Numbered from the stretch's first letter, positions 10,601 to 18,281 are shown. The stretch: 64,000 nucleotides of DNA from Candidatus Zixiibacteriota bacterium (GCA_037441845.1 JBBIRK010000003.1:224001-288000); one strand, 5' to 3'. Notes: a model not told the origin generated them from the sequence alone. Numbers and translations: made by a program.

Positions 10601-11546
10601 CGTTGTCGAGAATGGTCCAGCCCGTCGGAGGATTGTCACCCCCGGGTCCCCAGGTCTCGAAATCCTGATAGATATGCTGGGTGCCGTCCGACCAGATGGC
10701 AACGTTATCGATATACCAGTAATAGGCCTGGGCAGGCAGTGCGGCGGTCAATACGAAAGCCACCTTCACTGTTTGTCCGGCATAACTGGTGATATTGATA
10801 TTTTTATATCCCGAAGCCTGATCGGCGTCGTAGATAGCCAAGTCGGTCCAGCTTACGCCGTCGTCGGTCGTGATCTTGACCCAGGCGGTGTCGCCGCCGT
10901 TGGCGGTTCTGTCGTCGTAATAATTCCGCCAGGTCAAAGAACATGCGATCGCTCCGCCGGTAAGAGCCACGGACGGTGTAATCAGCCATTCGTTGTAGGT
11001 GGTTTCGGCGGCATACAGGTAAGTGAATCTGGCGACATTCGACGACCAAGTGGAATAATTGTATTTATACCAGTCGTCGGTCCACCAGAACTGCGTGCCG
11101 GAGGTGCCGTTGTCGGCCATCAACCACCCGGTTGGAGCGGTTGTGGTCGTATCCCAGGCTTCGAAATCCTCGAGGAACACGGTAGTCGTGATCACCGGCG
11201 GTTCAGCAGGGGATTCGGACCACCCCATCAGGTTCACCGATGGTTCCGCGTTTAGGATTTCGCCCTTTTCGCCATAGATCGGCTGCCACTTGGTTTCCGC
11301 AGGTTCGCTGACAGCGTTTTCAACGGCCTGCATTTCTCCGGGCGCAAAAGCCGGTTTCGGATCGCTTTTTTCATTGTCGGCCGCTTTGATTTCGGCTTTC
11401 GGCTCGACTATACTCGCCTGATTCGCGTCGTTTTTCGCCGTCGCGGTCGAGGCCGTGCGATCGAAAAGCTTTTGCCCTGAGAATGACCAAGAAGCCATCA
11501 ACATGGCGATGCCCAGGATCAAAATCAAATAGAGAGATTTTTTCAT
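4626..11546 (-). CDS. Giant secreted multidomain surface/adhesin-like protein (~2306 aa): signal peptide, MAM/cleaved-adhesin-like domains, CARDB/Ig-like domains, three GGPDA nidogen-like repeats, C-terminal dockerin-like domain
   Basis: Start at ATG 11546 (MKKSLYLILILGIAMLMASWSFS) after AGGAGA; 3x NEWLI(T/S)P...W/MY(I/V/L)DxV; 4x HD(V/M)...ND Ig-like units; 3x GGPDAxxYxWxD...YxWxD; paired GD(I/V)NG motifs near the C-terminus. Confidence 0.85.
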   Translation of the reverse strand: MKKSLYLILILGIAMLMASWSFSGQKLFDRTASTATAKNDANQASIVEPKAEIKAADNEKSDPKPAFAPGEMQAVENAVSEPAETKWQPIYGEKGEILNAEPSVNLMGWSESPAEPPVITTTVFLEDFEAWDTTTTAPTGWLMADNGTSGTQFWWTDDWYKYNYSTWSSNVARFTYLYAAETTYNEWLITPSVALTGGAIACSLTWRNYYDDRTANGGDTAWVKITTDDGVSWTDLAIYDADQASGYKNINITSYAGQTVKVAFVLTAALPAQAYYWYIDNVAIWSDGTQHIYQDFETWGPGGDNPPTGWTILDNGTPKSAGGYNLNDWRSYNHTSWASKTARVYYLTGDTEAQNEWLISPAISLSSGSLCTLSVAQYYYHSTTGAPWENTDHGYILISTDGGATWVDTVQNLTASTGSSTTKTIYKFDISNRAGQTIKIALNFVNGPASFDYWYVDDVKVDETVLLAHDVTTRSIKYPRYGVVGYSAPVKTQVANFGTNTETFQDSFKVEIVNKNVLFYEEFSDPQLWNGASPPQNVLGSWSIIDSGSVPGTWNNNDWHAYYHSSWGDTIARVYYSPIEYQNEWLISPSINCASASNVQLTMRIYYDDYTSDLTDSGWVLGTADDWATTQVIALYTGADYGSISTPAIPTYNISSWAAGQSNVKIAFKYKGYNALYCMYLDKVQVYEELPTTSVYSNGQTVSGLTSLEYRDVDFANWNILSSGEYRLRTFTALATDQNLSNDTVSATFFTLPHTSSGGPDAGYYIWEDNLGLGPAYNWIDISGIGTPIAFPGTGDDRFTRLGIGFTFNYYGNAYDRISVSENGFASFDSLISGYLTNSALPATGLPNNTLAMLWDDMMQGPDANIYYYTNNVDTFIISFLNFKWYATADSANRFDAQMIITGNEKIKYQYRSVGPSIPTGHTIGIENSDGTIGLQYFYNGAPAGNLALPGLAITFSYVPPSHDMAATKLISPGGAMETNTYFTPRASFTNFGNTTETNVPVHFRIYDSGGVQVFSSTKYIASISALEVDTVDFDSTFMATSGTYYCTTLVALPGDATPGNDWKARTMTVFDDLLDFESTSGGLTATGSWGDFSGDWEWGIPTFGPSGANSGVRCWATILDGNRTTGYPLGGIRSWLDFSLNLNSNAAFGFYHWRRASGSTYDSLNIKIDPGTGWVLLASWYGMDTTWQYYSVDLSAYSGIVPFRFEYYSNSSLDNPGWYIDDFTFTNCSLYIPNHDMSANSILNPSGMVANGSPFTPRAVFGNNGLSTETSVPVHFDIYNSVGAIVYSDTQTIASIASLTIDTVDFDPGTLTVNGAYTCSAWVAIITDSILTNNSRGSSFTVDSHYGTGGPDAGHYRWIDNTVIGGPTYSWIDTTGGGWTRIVTWPNGTTDDGRTNPIYMGFPSGFYFYGSMEDSIVIATNGWLSFTAQTSNYLGNYLPPSSSGPTEGVFLNWDDLDGETTADTGYVYYKYDAANNRFIVSYYDWSYYSSPYNPGDFQVIFDADDSSIVMQYGPATGPRQTDITIGIQDSTRTIGLGYYTDGEPQLNLPYEGLAIKFYPYMPSHDVRVVSLDAPTTIVQGQTLDIIATFKNEGINTETFNVWASDNRGYSNIQTITALPPGATVVDTFPGWTIGYACSSYVLTIATQLGTDVDPNNDTLRTTFVSLPASNYFISYDDGVVNNAWRLTNPDNIIANAFNVPYGNATISAITYKMTNLDNYPTWPDANRDTVIVSIYLDTDINGLPDEPAVYTKRLRTPDRGDLVWNVACDTTIHVDCQIFWAGWTYVDTFHKEGICIDATEDYPAAKWMRLDGVWQPDTFSTINGDNMIHAYIQGDTSAAADIAVASTSLSGSADVGGADTAATTLDNVGDCGLLYTASVVQYSPRPIHGDIPIALNTSPIGSQVDPKTGATEPVYPPVINAQGGPDAFGYRWKDSDEPGGPAYSWVDISTIGTPVTFTNGTLDDGWTNLFAMGMTFNYYGIPYDSVMVSTNGWISFVSQTSSYLSNTSIPATALPNAIVPVYWDDMDARNDGDCYYYFDSANNRFIVSWVTWPHYADTTNKIDFQVILNADGSIKMQYGGGLFSLMSYSIGIENETGTIGLQVAYNQAYLHNSMAILFNRPPQWLTTDLTSGVLAPNDPPLTFHAFMDASALSAGTYTGAILITSNDPDEPVTTVNVSFTVTGGGGECDYVLGDINGDGNRIGGDVTFGVRYFKGVGAVPPDSCYMDSTGTYLYVAGDVNGNCEFRGSDITRLVAFFKGNASLNYCHFFPPPILLAPSPIHIQQGINMVPRDENKSVIRETKTAE

Positions 11547-11809
11547 GCTATCTCCTATTGCGTTTACGATCATCGATTCATGCCCATCTAAGGGCGCCTA
11601 CAAAATGGAATCCTGATTTCCGTTGGTTAAAGTTGATCTTTTCGCGAAACATGCATTTTTTCTCGATATACTTCCCTCCCGTCGGAATTGTACTTCCGTT
11701 GCCTATATTTTATGTCGGAATCCTAATCCGGCTCTTTGGCAGCCGTCTTTTTCAACCAATTTCTTTACTTCAAAACGCGAAGAGTATTTTCCGCAACACC
11801 TTTAATAAC

Positions 11810-11837
11810 ATTATATTAAATCGACATCGATTGTCAA
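11810..11837 (-). promoter_or_regulatory. Sigma70-type promoter for the giant gene
   Basis: Minus strand TTGACA (11837-11832), 16-nt spacer, TATAAT (11815-11810): exact consensus hexamers. Confidence 0.75.
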
Positions 11838-12140
11838 GCCTTTTTGTTCAAATTCCATGGATTATTATGGCCCGTTATCTCGTTTTTGCCGGCATCTTCG
11901 ACTGCCGCAACATTATTTCGTAATTTATGCCGCATCAGCGGCGCGAATTAGCGAAATAGGCTCCGGCCATTTATTTTCGGCAACCGCCGATCTTATTTTC
12001 TCAAACGTTTTGGAAATCGGAAAATTTTGCGCCCGTCTGCCGAATAATTTTCCTCAATATCTGGAATCGGATCTTTTAGAAATATGATCACTATTTCGTA
12101 ATCCGTTAGCTGATATCGAATTGTGAGGTCAGAAGCGGTC

Positions 12141-12156
12141 TGGCACGGCCGTTGCT
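12141..12156 (+). promoter_or_regulatory. Sigma54 -24/-12 promoter of the motE-fliK-flgD operon
   Basis: TGGCACGGCCGTTGCT matches TGGCAC-N5-TTGC, about 35 nt before ATG 12191. Confidence 0.85.
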
Positions 12157-12190
12157 TTCAAGGATTTCGGAAAAGTTTGCGTGTTTGTTT

Positions 12191-12736
12191 ATGAAAGTGA
12201 TCCAAAAAATAGGACTTTACCTGGTGATCATGCTGATCAATTTCGCTGGATATGTGTTGTTGTTTTCGGCCGCATTCGGGGTCAAGCCGGCGCAATTCGG
12301 CGGTTATCTGCGTGAAAAAGCCAATGAAATACAGACCGAAATAATGCAGAAAGCGATGACTCGGCCGGCGGCCAAATCCGAAAAACCCGCAGAGGACACT
12401 GAAAAGCAACGTATCCAGGCTGAGCTCGAAGCCATTGAACAACAAAAACTTCAACTACAAAAGGAACGCCAGGAACTGGAATCGGCAAGGCAGCAAATCG
12501 AAAAATCGAAATCGCAGCCGGTTCTCGATGAAGACAAGATCTATAACTTGGCCAAAATTTTTGACACCATGGACAAGCAAAAGGTGGCCGAAATTTTCAA
12601 TGAAATGCAAGATAGTCTGGTGGTTGCGATTCTACCGCGGATGAAACCCGCCAACGCCAGTCAGGTGCTGCAAAACATGGAACCGGCGCGTTCGGCGCTT
12701 ATATCGAAAATGATTTTAAGGAATTCCGAAGGATGA
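12191..12736 (+). CDS. MotE/YlxF/FlbB-like flagellar protein (N-terminal TM, coiled coil, MgtE_N-like C-terminus)
   Basis: LAKIFDTMDKQKVAEIF...ILPRMKPANASQVLQNMEP; usual position before fliK. The ORF-track TTG start falls inside the sigma54 promoter, so ATG 12191 is preferred. Confidence 0.8.
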   Translation: MKVIQKIGLYLVIMLINFAGYVLLFSAAFGVKPAQFGGYLREKANEIQTEIMQKAMTRPAAKSEKPAEDTEKQRIQAELEAIEQQKLQLQKERQELESARQQIEKSKSQPVLDEDKIYNLAKIFDTMDKQKVAEIFNEMQDSLVVAILPRMKPANASQVLQNMEPARSALISKMILRNSEG

Positions 12737-14520
12737 TCCCGATTTTCCCAGATATCAAGTCATTGGCCGAAAATCTTATTGAGACAGCCAATAATACTAA
12801 GGCAGGACGCCCGGGAACTACGGCCCCTATCGAATTCGCCCGATTGTTGGAAAGGTTGGCGGAATATTCGCCGCACACCGATAACATTGAGACCGGAAAT
12901 CCAATCGGATACGATTTTCTAAACTTGGTCAATCCGGCGCGCGATTTTCCCACAGCCGCGATTCGCGAAAACGGGGACGGCTCGATTTCCGTGAAAAACC
13001 CCTTCGGAATCGTTGGAAACACGGCGAACCCGGCCGCGGCGAATCAATCGTCGTCGCTTTGTATCGCCCTGAATTTCAGACTCCGAGAGGTTCAGGATTT
13101 GTTGCGCAGGTACGATTACCGGATCGAAATCGCCCTGCCTGCGCCCCGAAAAGACGCCGAACAAGATTGGTACAACTCCGCGGCGACGGTTGATAACCGA
13201 TTGCCGAGCGTTATCAATTTCCAGGCCGGTAGTTATGGTATTTCAGAACCGGTCCGAATCGCTCAGGTATCGCCGACTGAAATATCCGCCGGGGCAACCG
13301 AGGTCCCGATTCAAGAATCGGCAAGGATTCAGGAAATCGGCCGTCTGTCACGGCCGCTTGTCATATCGATGGAACCGCGTGATTTTATCGATTTAGTATC
13401 GGGCAGAATCGATTCAGCGGAGATCACCGGATTTACCGAACAGGGGAAAAAGGCGATAACGATCGGCGCATTGCGGAACCTGCTTGATCGTTACGGCGCC
13501 GATGCCGATCTCAAGCTGACAGTTCCGGTAACCGCGGATATGCGCGAGAAGATCGCCCAGCTTAATCAGCCGACTTTCGGCGGCGATCATTACCCGTTCG
13601 ATAGGCCGACGACAACGAATTTCCTCCTTCTGGATCCGAGGAAAATGCTGAATTGCGGCCCCGATGACCGGATTACCGTGATCCTTCAGTCTTTTCCCCT
13701 CGGTGACGGTTCATATGCTGAATTCGTCAATTCGATGCAGCATTATCCGCGTCTGTCGGGAGCGCATGGTCTTTCGTTCGGTACGCCGAATTTCACGCGT
13801 TCATCGGCCGTCGACTTTTCGCCGATTTTACCGCAGGTGGCGGTTCATGATCAACAAGTGCAATCGGCTACCGAAAAGGCCTCGCTGTCGGAACTGGGAG
13901 ATCGTCTGCGGCCCGGTCGTGGCAAGAGTGTCTCCCCGGAAAATTCGACTCCTTCGGCGGCCCGATCGATTCAGCCCGATAATGCGGAATTCAAACCGAC
14001 CGGCGATGATTTTGACTCAAAAATACTTTTTCAGGAAACCCGTCATCTGGGCCATACGATCGATAAGTCCGACTCGTTCATGATCTTGCCCAAAGAAGGG
14101 ACAACCTACCAGGATCTTCCCGGACAAATAAAGGCGGCGATGCAAAATTATCGTCCCGGGACCGAGTTGTCGATCAAGATAGAGCCGCAGCATCTCGGTA
14201 AAATAAAAATGAAAATCAGCTACGATAACGGTCGGGTGGAGGCATCCCTAAGGGTCGAGAGCAACGAAATTAAAAATTTGCTCGAAACCGATCTCAAGCG
14301 CCTGAAAGAATTTCTCGAGATAGACCACCTGAAAATCGATATCGACGATCCCGATCGTCGCAATCCCGCGCATGATTTCGCCAGGGAGAATCAGCGTCGT
14401 TCGGCCGAATACCGAAATCACATCGCTTCTTCGGCACCGCTCGAGACCCCCGCACCGATAACGGCGGCCTCGGGTGCGATCGGAGGCGCGTGGAAATCGA
14501 GAATAGATCTGTTAGCCTGA
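12733..14520 (+). CDS. fliK: Flagellar hook-length control protein FliK
   Basis: C-terminal Flg_hook motif IKIEPQHLGKIKMKI...VESNEIKNLLE; lies before flgD. Confidence 0.8.
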   Translation: MIPIFPDIKSLAENLIETANNTKAGRPGTTAPIEFARLLERLAEYSPHTDNIETGNPIGYDFLNLVNPARDFPTAAIRENGDGSISVKNPFGIVGNTANPAAANQSSSLCIALNFRLREVQDLLRRYDYRIEIALPAPRKDAEQDWYNSAATVDNRLPSVINFQAGSYGISEPVRIAQVSPTEISAGATEVPIQESARIQEIGRLSRPLVISMEPRDFIDLVSGRIDSAEITGFTEQGKKAITIGALRNLLDRYGADADLKLTVPVTADMREKIAQLNQPTFGGDHYPFDRPTTTNFLLLDPRKMLNCGPDDRITVILQSFPLGDGSYAEFVNSMQHYPRLSGAHGLSFGTPNFTRSSAVDFSPILPQVAVHDQQVQSATEKASLSELGDRLRPGRGKSVSPENSTPSAARSIQPDNAEFKPTGDDFDSKILFQETRHLGHTIDKSDSFMILPKEGTTYQDLPGQIKAAMQNYRPGTELSIKIEPQHLGKIKMKISYDNGRVEASLRVESNEIKNLLETDLKRLKEFLEIDHLKIDIDDPDRRNPAHDFARENQRRSAEYRNHIASSAPLETPAPITAASGAIGGAWKSRIDLLA

Positions 14521-14531
14521 AAGGAGGTGAC

Positions 14532-15239
14532 ATGAATCCTATTGGAGAAGTCAATTACATTAATCCGGGAATCGATAAGTCCGACAAGAGCGGCCAGGAT
14601 TCGACCAAGCTCGGCAAGAACGATTTTCTGAATCTGTTGGTAACCCAGCTTCGGTTTCAGGATCCGCTCGAGCCGATGAAAGATCAAGAATTCGTGGCCC
14701 AACTCGCCCAGTTCTCCCAGCTCGAACGTCTGGAAAACATGCAAAACTCGCTTGACACATCGACCCAGGTGAACTACGTGCTGAGCCAGACGATCGCCAA
14801 CACCATGGCGACCACGCTTATCGGCAAGACCGTTATCGCCGAGGGATCCGATTTCACGCTCGAGCCGGATAGGGACGCCCGCTTGAGTTATGAGCTCAAA
14901 GCCGATGCCGCCGATATCACGATAACGATAAAAAACAGCAACGGCGCGGTCGTAAAGACAATGCAATTGCATGACCAACGCGCGGGCAATCAAACCATAA
15001 ATTGGGAGGGTCGCGACGATCAGGGAAGTTTGGCCGCGCCCGGTCAATATTCGTATGAGGTGATCGCAAAGACCCGCACCGGAGAAACGGTAACGGTCGA
15101 GAAAAGGGTTATCGGCAAGGTCGAATCGGTGAAATACACCGAAAGCCGGGCCTACTTGGTCGTCGGAGGATACAAAGTCGATCTATCGGGCATAATCGAA
15201 ATCGTGAGCGGCGACAATAATCGTTACGACAACCACTGA
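14532..15239 (+). CDS. flgD: Hook capping protein FlgD
   Basis: LGKNDFLNLLVTQLRFQDPLEPM, QLAQFSQLE, WEGRDDQG; ATG 14532 follows AAGGAGGTG. Confidence 0.97.
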   Translation: MNPIGEVNYINPGIDKSDKSGQDSTKLGKNDFLNLLVTQLRFQDPLEPMKDQEFVAQLAQFSQLERLENMQNSLDTSTQVNYVLSQTIANTMATTLIGKTVIAEGSDFTLEPDRDARLSYELKADAADITITIKNSNGAVVKTMQLHDQRAGNQTINWEGRDDQGSLAAPGQYSYEVIAKTRTGETVTVEKRVIGKVESVKYTESRAYLVVGGYKVDLSGIIEIVSGDNNRYDNH

Positions 15240-15272
15240 TATTTTCATAAACATGAAGGAGGTGAAGTTAAC

Positions 15273-15650
15273 ATGACGATTGCCGAAAACGGTTCGATCA
15301 TCCAACCGACCGGCGGAGTTGCAGCCGGAAGCACGAAAATCAAAACTGCGGGAATCGACAAAATCTCCGAATTCCGCTCGATTCTGCAGGAGAAAACCGG
15401 ACTCCGTTTTTCGAATCACGTTATCGATCGTATGGGGGACCGGTCGTTGGAATTGGATGGCGAAACCGCCGAACGTTTGTCGAAGGCGGTGGAGATCGCC
15501 GACCGAAAAGGGGCCGACCAATCGCTGGTGTTGCTCGACCAGCTGGCATTTTTAGTTTCGGTGAAAAACAAGACGGTGATCACCGCCGTGGAGACGAATC
15601 AGATGAAACAGGGCGTTTTCACCAAGATAGACAGCGCGATCATAGGATAA
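15273..15650 (+). CDS. Flagellar operon protein (TIGR02530-type)
   Basis: LRFSNHVIDRM...KGADQSLVLL..AFLVSVKNKTVITA...VFTKIDSAII; usual flgD-flgE position. Confidence 0.9.
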   Translation: MTIAENGSIIQPTGGVAAGSTKIKTAGIDKISEFRSILQEKTGLRFSNHVIDRMGDRSLELDGETAERLSKAVEIADRKGADQSLVLLDQLAFLVSVKNKTVITAVETNQMKQGVFTKIDSAIIG

Positions 15651-15725
15651 CGTAGGATAACAATCGGGCTGGACCCCGTTTGGGGAGGCCCCAACCCCGA
15701 CCTGAAGTGTCGGGCTGGAGGGAGA
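15643..15725 (+). promoter_or_regulatory. Structured, GGA-rich flgE leader (candidate cis-regulatory RNA / CsrA target)
   Basis: Tandem TAGGATAAC x2, hairpins GGGCT-GGA-CCCC-GTTT-GGGG-A-GGCCC and CCCGAC-CTGAAGT-GTCGGG, and TCGGGCTGGA x2 before the RBS. Confidence 0.45.
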
Positions 15726-15732
15726 AAATAAA

Positions 15733-18024
15733 ATGATGGCATCGCTTTTCGCCGGAGTATCCGGCTTGCGCAACCACCAGGTTAAAATGAACGTGGTGGG
15801 CGACAACATAGCCAACGTGAACACGATCGGTTTCAAGATGGGTCGTGTGACTTTTCAAGAAGCGCTGATCCAGACTTTACGTGGCGCGAGTCGGCCTACG
15901 GCCACCAGCGGCGGCACCAATCCGCTGCAGCTGGGCCTCGGTATGACCATGTCGACTATCGACAATATATTTATACAGGGAGGGCTAGAGACCACCGGCC
16001 AGACTACCGATCTGGCGATACAAGGTTCCGGATTTTTCGTGTTGTCAGACGGACAACAGGATTATTTCACTCGTGCCGGTTCTTTCGGATTCGACTCCAA
16101 TTCCAATCTGGTGAATCCCAACAGCGGCTTTATCGTTCAAGGAAAGATGGCCGATGTCGACGGCACAATACCGGCCGACGCCCCCATCACCGGCATCAGC
16201 TTACCGTTCGGCCAGCAAGATCCGGCGCGGGCAACCACCGAAATCCGACTCGGGATGAACCTGGATTCGGCCACCACCAATTCACGCGCCACCTTGATCA
16301 CCGCCGGCACGACCAATATCACGACCGTCTCCGGGTTGGCCCGCAACGGCTCCGGCGGCAGACATACGATAACCGTGACCGGAACCAACGCAACCAATTC
16401 GGAAATGTCCGGGGTGCATGCGCTTGAATTGAGCAATCTCACGGCCGCCGACGCCACGCAGACATCGGCCAATAACCCCGGCGGCGTCCTCGTGCCGGGT
16501 ACGACATACTACTACACGATAATAGCCACCAACGCCCTCGGCCAATCCACCGGAGTCGAGGAGTCGGTTACGATCAACGCCGGGGATAATTCCGTGGTGA
16601 TCGACTGGTCGGCATATCCTGATTTGGCCGATGCCACGACTATTAGAATTTATCGCACCACCGTTCCCGGTGATTACACTCAAGCCAATTGCGGCATGAT
16701 CGCCGAGGTCGCCGTCGGTGCTCCGAATACCTACACCGACCTGGGTGTGGCAGGGGACAATTCCAGCCCGCCTACCGCCAACACGACCTTAAGTCTTACC
16801 GGGCAGGAAAGGCTTTCAGCGCTCGGCATAACCGATACCACCGATTTCCAGATTAGTGTCGATGGCGGCAGCTGGGTTACCCTGGCCCAATTGACCACGA
16901 ACTCCACCGTTAACGACCTGATCTCGGCGATCAACTCGTCGGTGCAAGGGGTTACGGCGTCGATCGTCGATGGCCAGGTGCATATAAGACGTGACTACGC
17001 CGGCAGCCCGACCGCCTATAATGTGGTCCTCCGCGACCTGCCCGGCTCGGGTGCCGATATATGTTCCCAGATTTTCGGAAACGGCGTGAATCACACTTTC
17101 ACCGTTAACAACGGCACGGCCTCGACTCTGGTGGCGCAGGACGTTTTCACCCCTGAGATAACCGGAATCGCCCTGGCGGCGGAAACGCTGGAACTGATTA
17201 CCGATGCCAACACTGGAATCGTAACCGGAATCAGCAATCTCGGCGGCGGTGGAGTAACGATGACAGCCGGACAAGCCGGTCTTGCGGCTGGAACTTTGAT
17301 TGTCGATACCGACAACACTCAGCACTCCACGAGCATAACCACCTACGATTCGCAGGGAGCCCGGCACAACCTGACGATAACATTCACCAAGAGTTGGCAG
17401 ACGAACGAGTGGTTCTGGGAGGCCTCGATCAGCGGCGGCGAAATTATCCGTTCGGGCGGTTCGGGAACGGTCAGATTCAACCCCAACGGTTCGCTTTCGA
17501 CATTCACTTTCGACGGCGGGGCGACCGCGATGCGGATCGATCCCAACAACGGAGCCGAGGAGATGGTCATAGATCTGTTTGCGGGAACTCCGGCGTTGTT
17601 CGATGGACTCACCGGTTTCGCCGCACCGTCCACGGCAGCAGCCAGATCCCAGGACGGCTACGGAGTGGGCGTGCTGTCCAACATTTCGATCGACCAGTCG
17701 GGAACCATCACCGGCATATTCACCAACGGCGTCTCGCGGATACTGGCTCAAATCTATATCGCCGAGTTCAACAACCCGGGCGGTCTGCTCAAAGTCGGCC
17801 GTAACCTTTACCAGACATCGGCCAACTCCGGCAGCGCCATATTGGGGGTGGCGGCCACCACGACGTCGTCGACGATCACCTCCGGAGCGCTGGAGATTTC
17901 CAACGTCGATCTGGCGCAGGAATTCACCAACATGATAATATCTCAGCGCGGATTCCAGGCCAACGCGAGGGTGATAACCACCTCGGACGCCATGCTTCAG
18001 GAGCTGGTGAATCTCAGGAGTTAA
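15733..18024 (+). CDS. flgE: Flagellar hook protein FlgE, enlarged (763 aa)
   Basis: SLFAGVSGL..HQ..MNVVGDNIANVNTIGFK, DLAIQGSGFF, TRAGSF, LEISNVDLAQEFTNMIISQRGFQANARVI. Confidence 0.97.
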   Translation: MMASLFAGVSGLRNHQVKMNVVGDNIANVNTIGFKMGRVTFQEALIQTLRGASRPTATSGGTNPLQLGLGMTMSTIDNIFIQGGLETTGQTTDLAIQGSGFFVLSDGQQDYFTRAGSFGFDSNSNLVNPNSGFIVQGKMADVDGTIPADAPITGISLPFGQQDPARATTEIRLGMNLDSATTNSRATLITAGTTNITTVSGLARNGSGGRHTITVTGTNATNSEMSGVHALELSNLTAADATQTSANNPGGVLVPGTTYYYTIIATNALGQSTGVEESVTINAGDNSVVIDWSAYPDLADATTIRIYRTTVPGDYTQANCGMIAEVAVGAPNTYTDLGVAGDNSSPPTANTTLSLTGQERLSALGITDTTDFQISVDGGSWVTLAQLTTNSTVNDLISAINSSVQGVTASIVDGQVHIRRDYAGSPTAYNVVLRDLPGSGADICSQIFGNGVNHTFTVNNGTASTLVAQDVFTPEITGIALAAETLELITDANTGIVTGISNLGGGGVTMTAGQAGLAAGTLIVDTDNTQHSTSITTYDSQGARHNLTITFTKSWQTNEWFWEASISGGEIIRSGGSGTVRFNPNGSLSTFTFDGGATAMRIDPNNGAEEMVIDLFAGTPALFDGLTGFAAPSTAAARSQDGYGVGVLSNISIDQSGTITGIFTNGVSRILAQIYIAEFNNPGGLLKVGRNLYQTSANSGSAILGVAATTTSSTITSGALEISNVDLAQEFTNMIISQRGFQANARVITTSDAMLQELVNLRS

Positions 18025-18036
18025 CGTTTGGATTAC

Positions 18037-18060
18037 GGGGGAGGGGCTCGCCCTTCCCCC
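18037..18060 (+). other. GC-rich stem-loop after flgE (no U-tract; mRNA stabiliser or attenuator)
   Basis: GGGGGAGGGG-CTCG-CCCTTCCCCC. Confidence 0.6.
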
Positions 18061-18075
18061 AAGAAGAGATGAATC

Positions 18076-18273
18076 ATGATAAGGGTTACGCGATTGAACG
18101 ATTCGGAGCTGGTGATCAATACCGATCTGATCGAGTTCGTGGAGGCGATACCGGAGACGATGATCAGCATGACCAGCGGCAAAAAAGTGATGGTTAAGGA
18201 AAACATAGACGAAATAGTGGCCAGAGTCGTTGAATATCGTAGGCTGATAAACCAGACATTAACAAATAGGTAG
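18076..18273 (+). CDS. flbD: FlbD/SwrD family flagellar protein
   Basis: MIRVTRLN..LVINTDLIEFVEAIPETMI..TSGKKVMVKE. Confidence 0.93.
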   Translation: MIRVTRLNDSELVINTDLIEFVEAIPETMISMTSGKKVMVKENIDEIVARVVEYRRLINQTLTNR

Positions 18274-18281
18274 GTAGTAAC

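Noticed and set aside
5112..11255. + strand ORFs inside the giant gene (5835-6857, 8658-9293, 9855-10469, 10545-11255)
   Set aside because: Antisense shadows caused by codon bias of the - strand gene.
11547..11803. c-di-GMP or other known riboswitch in the long leader
   Set aside because: I could not find the characteristic conserved motifs by eye; needs an Infernal scan.
11483..12087. Short ORFs in the divergent intergenic region
   Set aside because: They overlap promoter elements, have atypical composition and lack an RBS; treated as non-coding.
4551..12140. Giant-gene insertion as a mobile element
   Set aside because: No transposase, integrase, terminal inverted repeats or target duplication could be seen.
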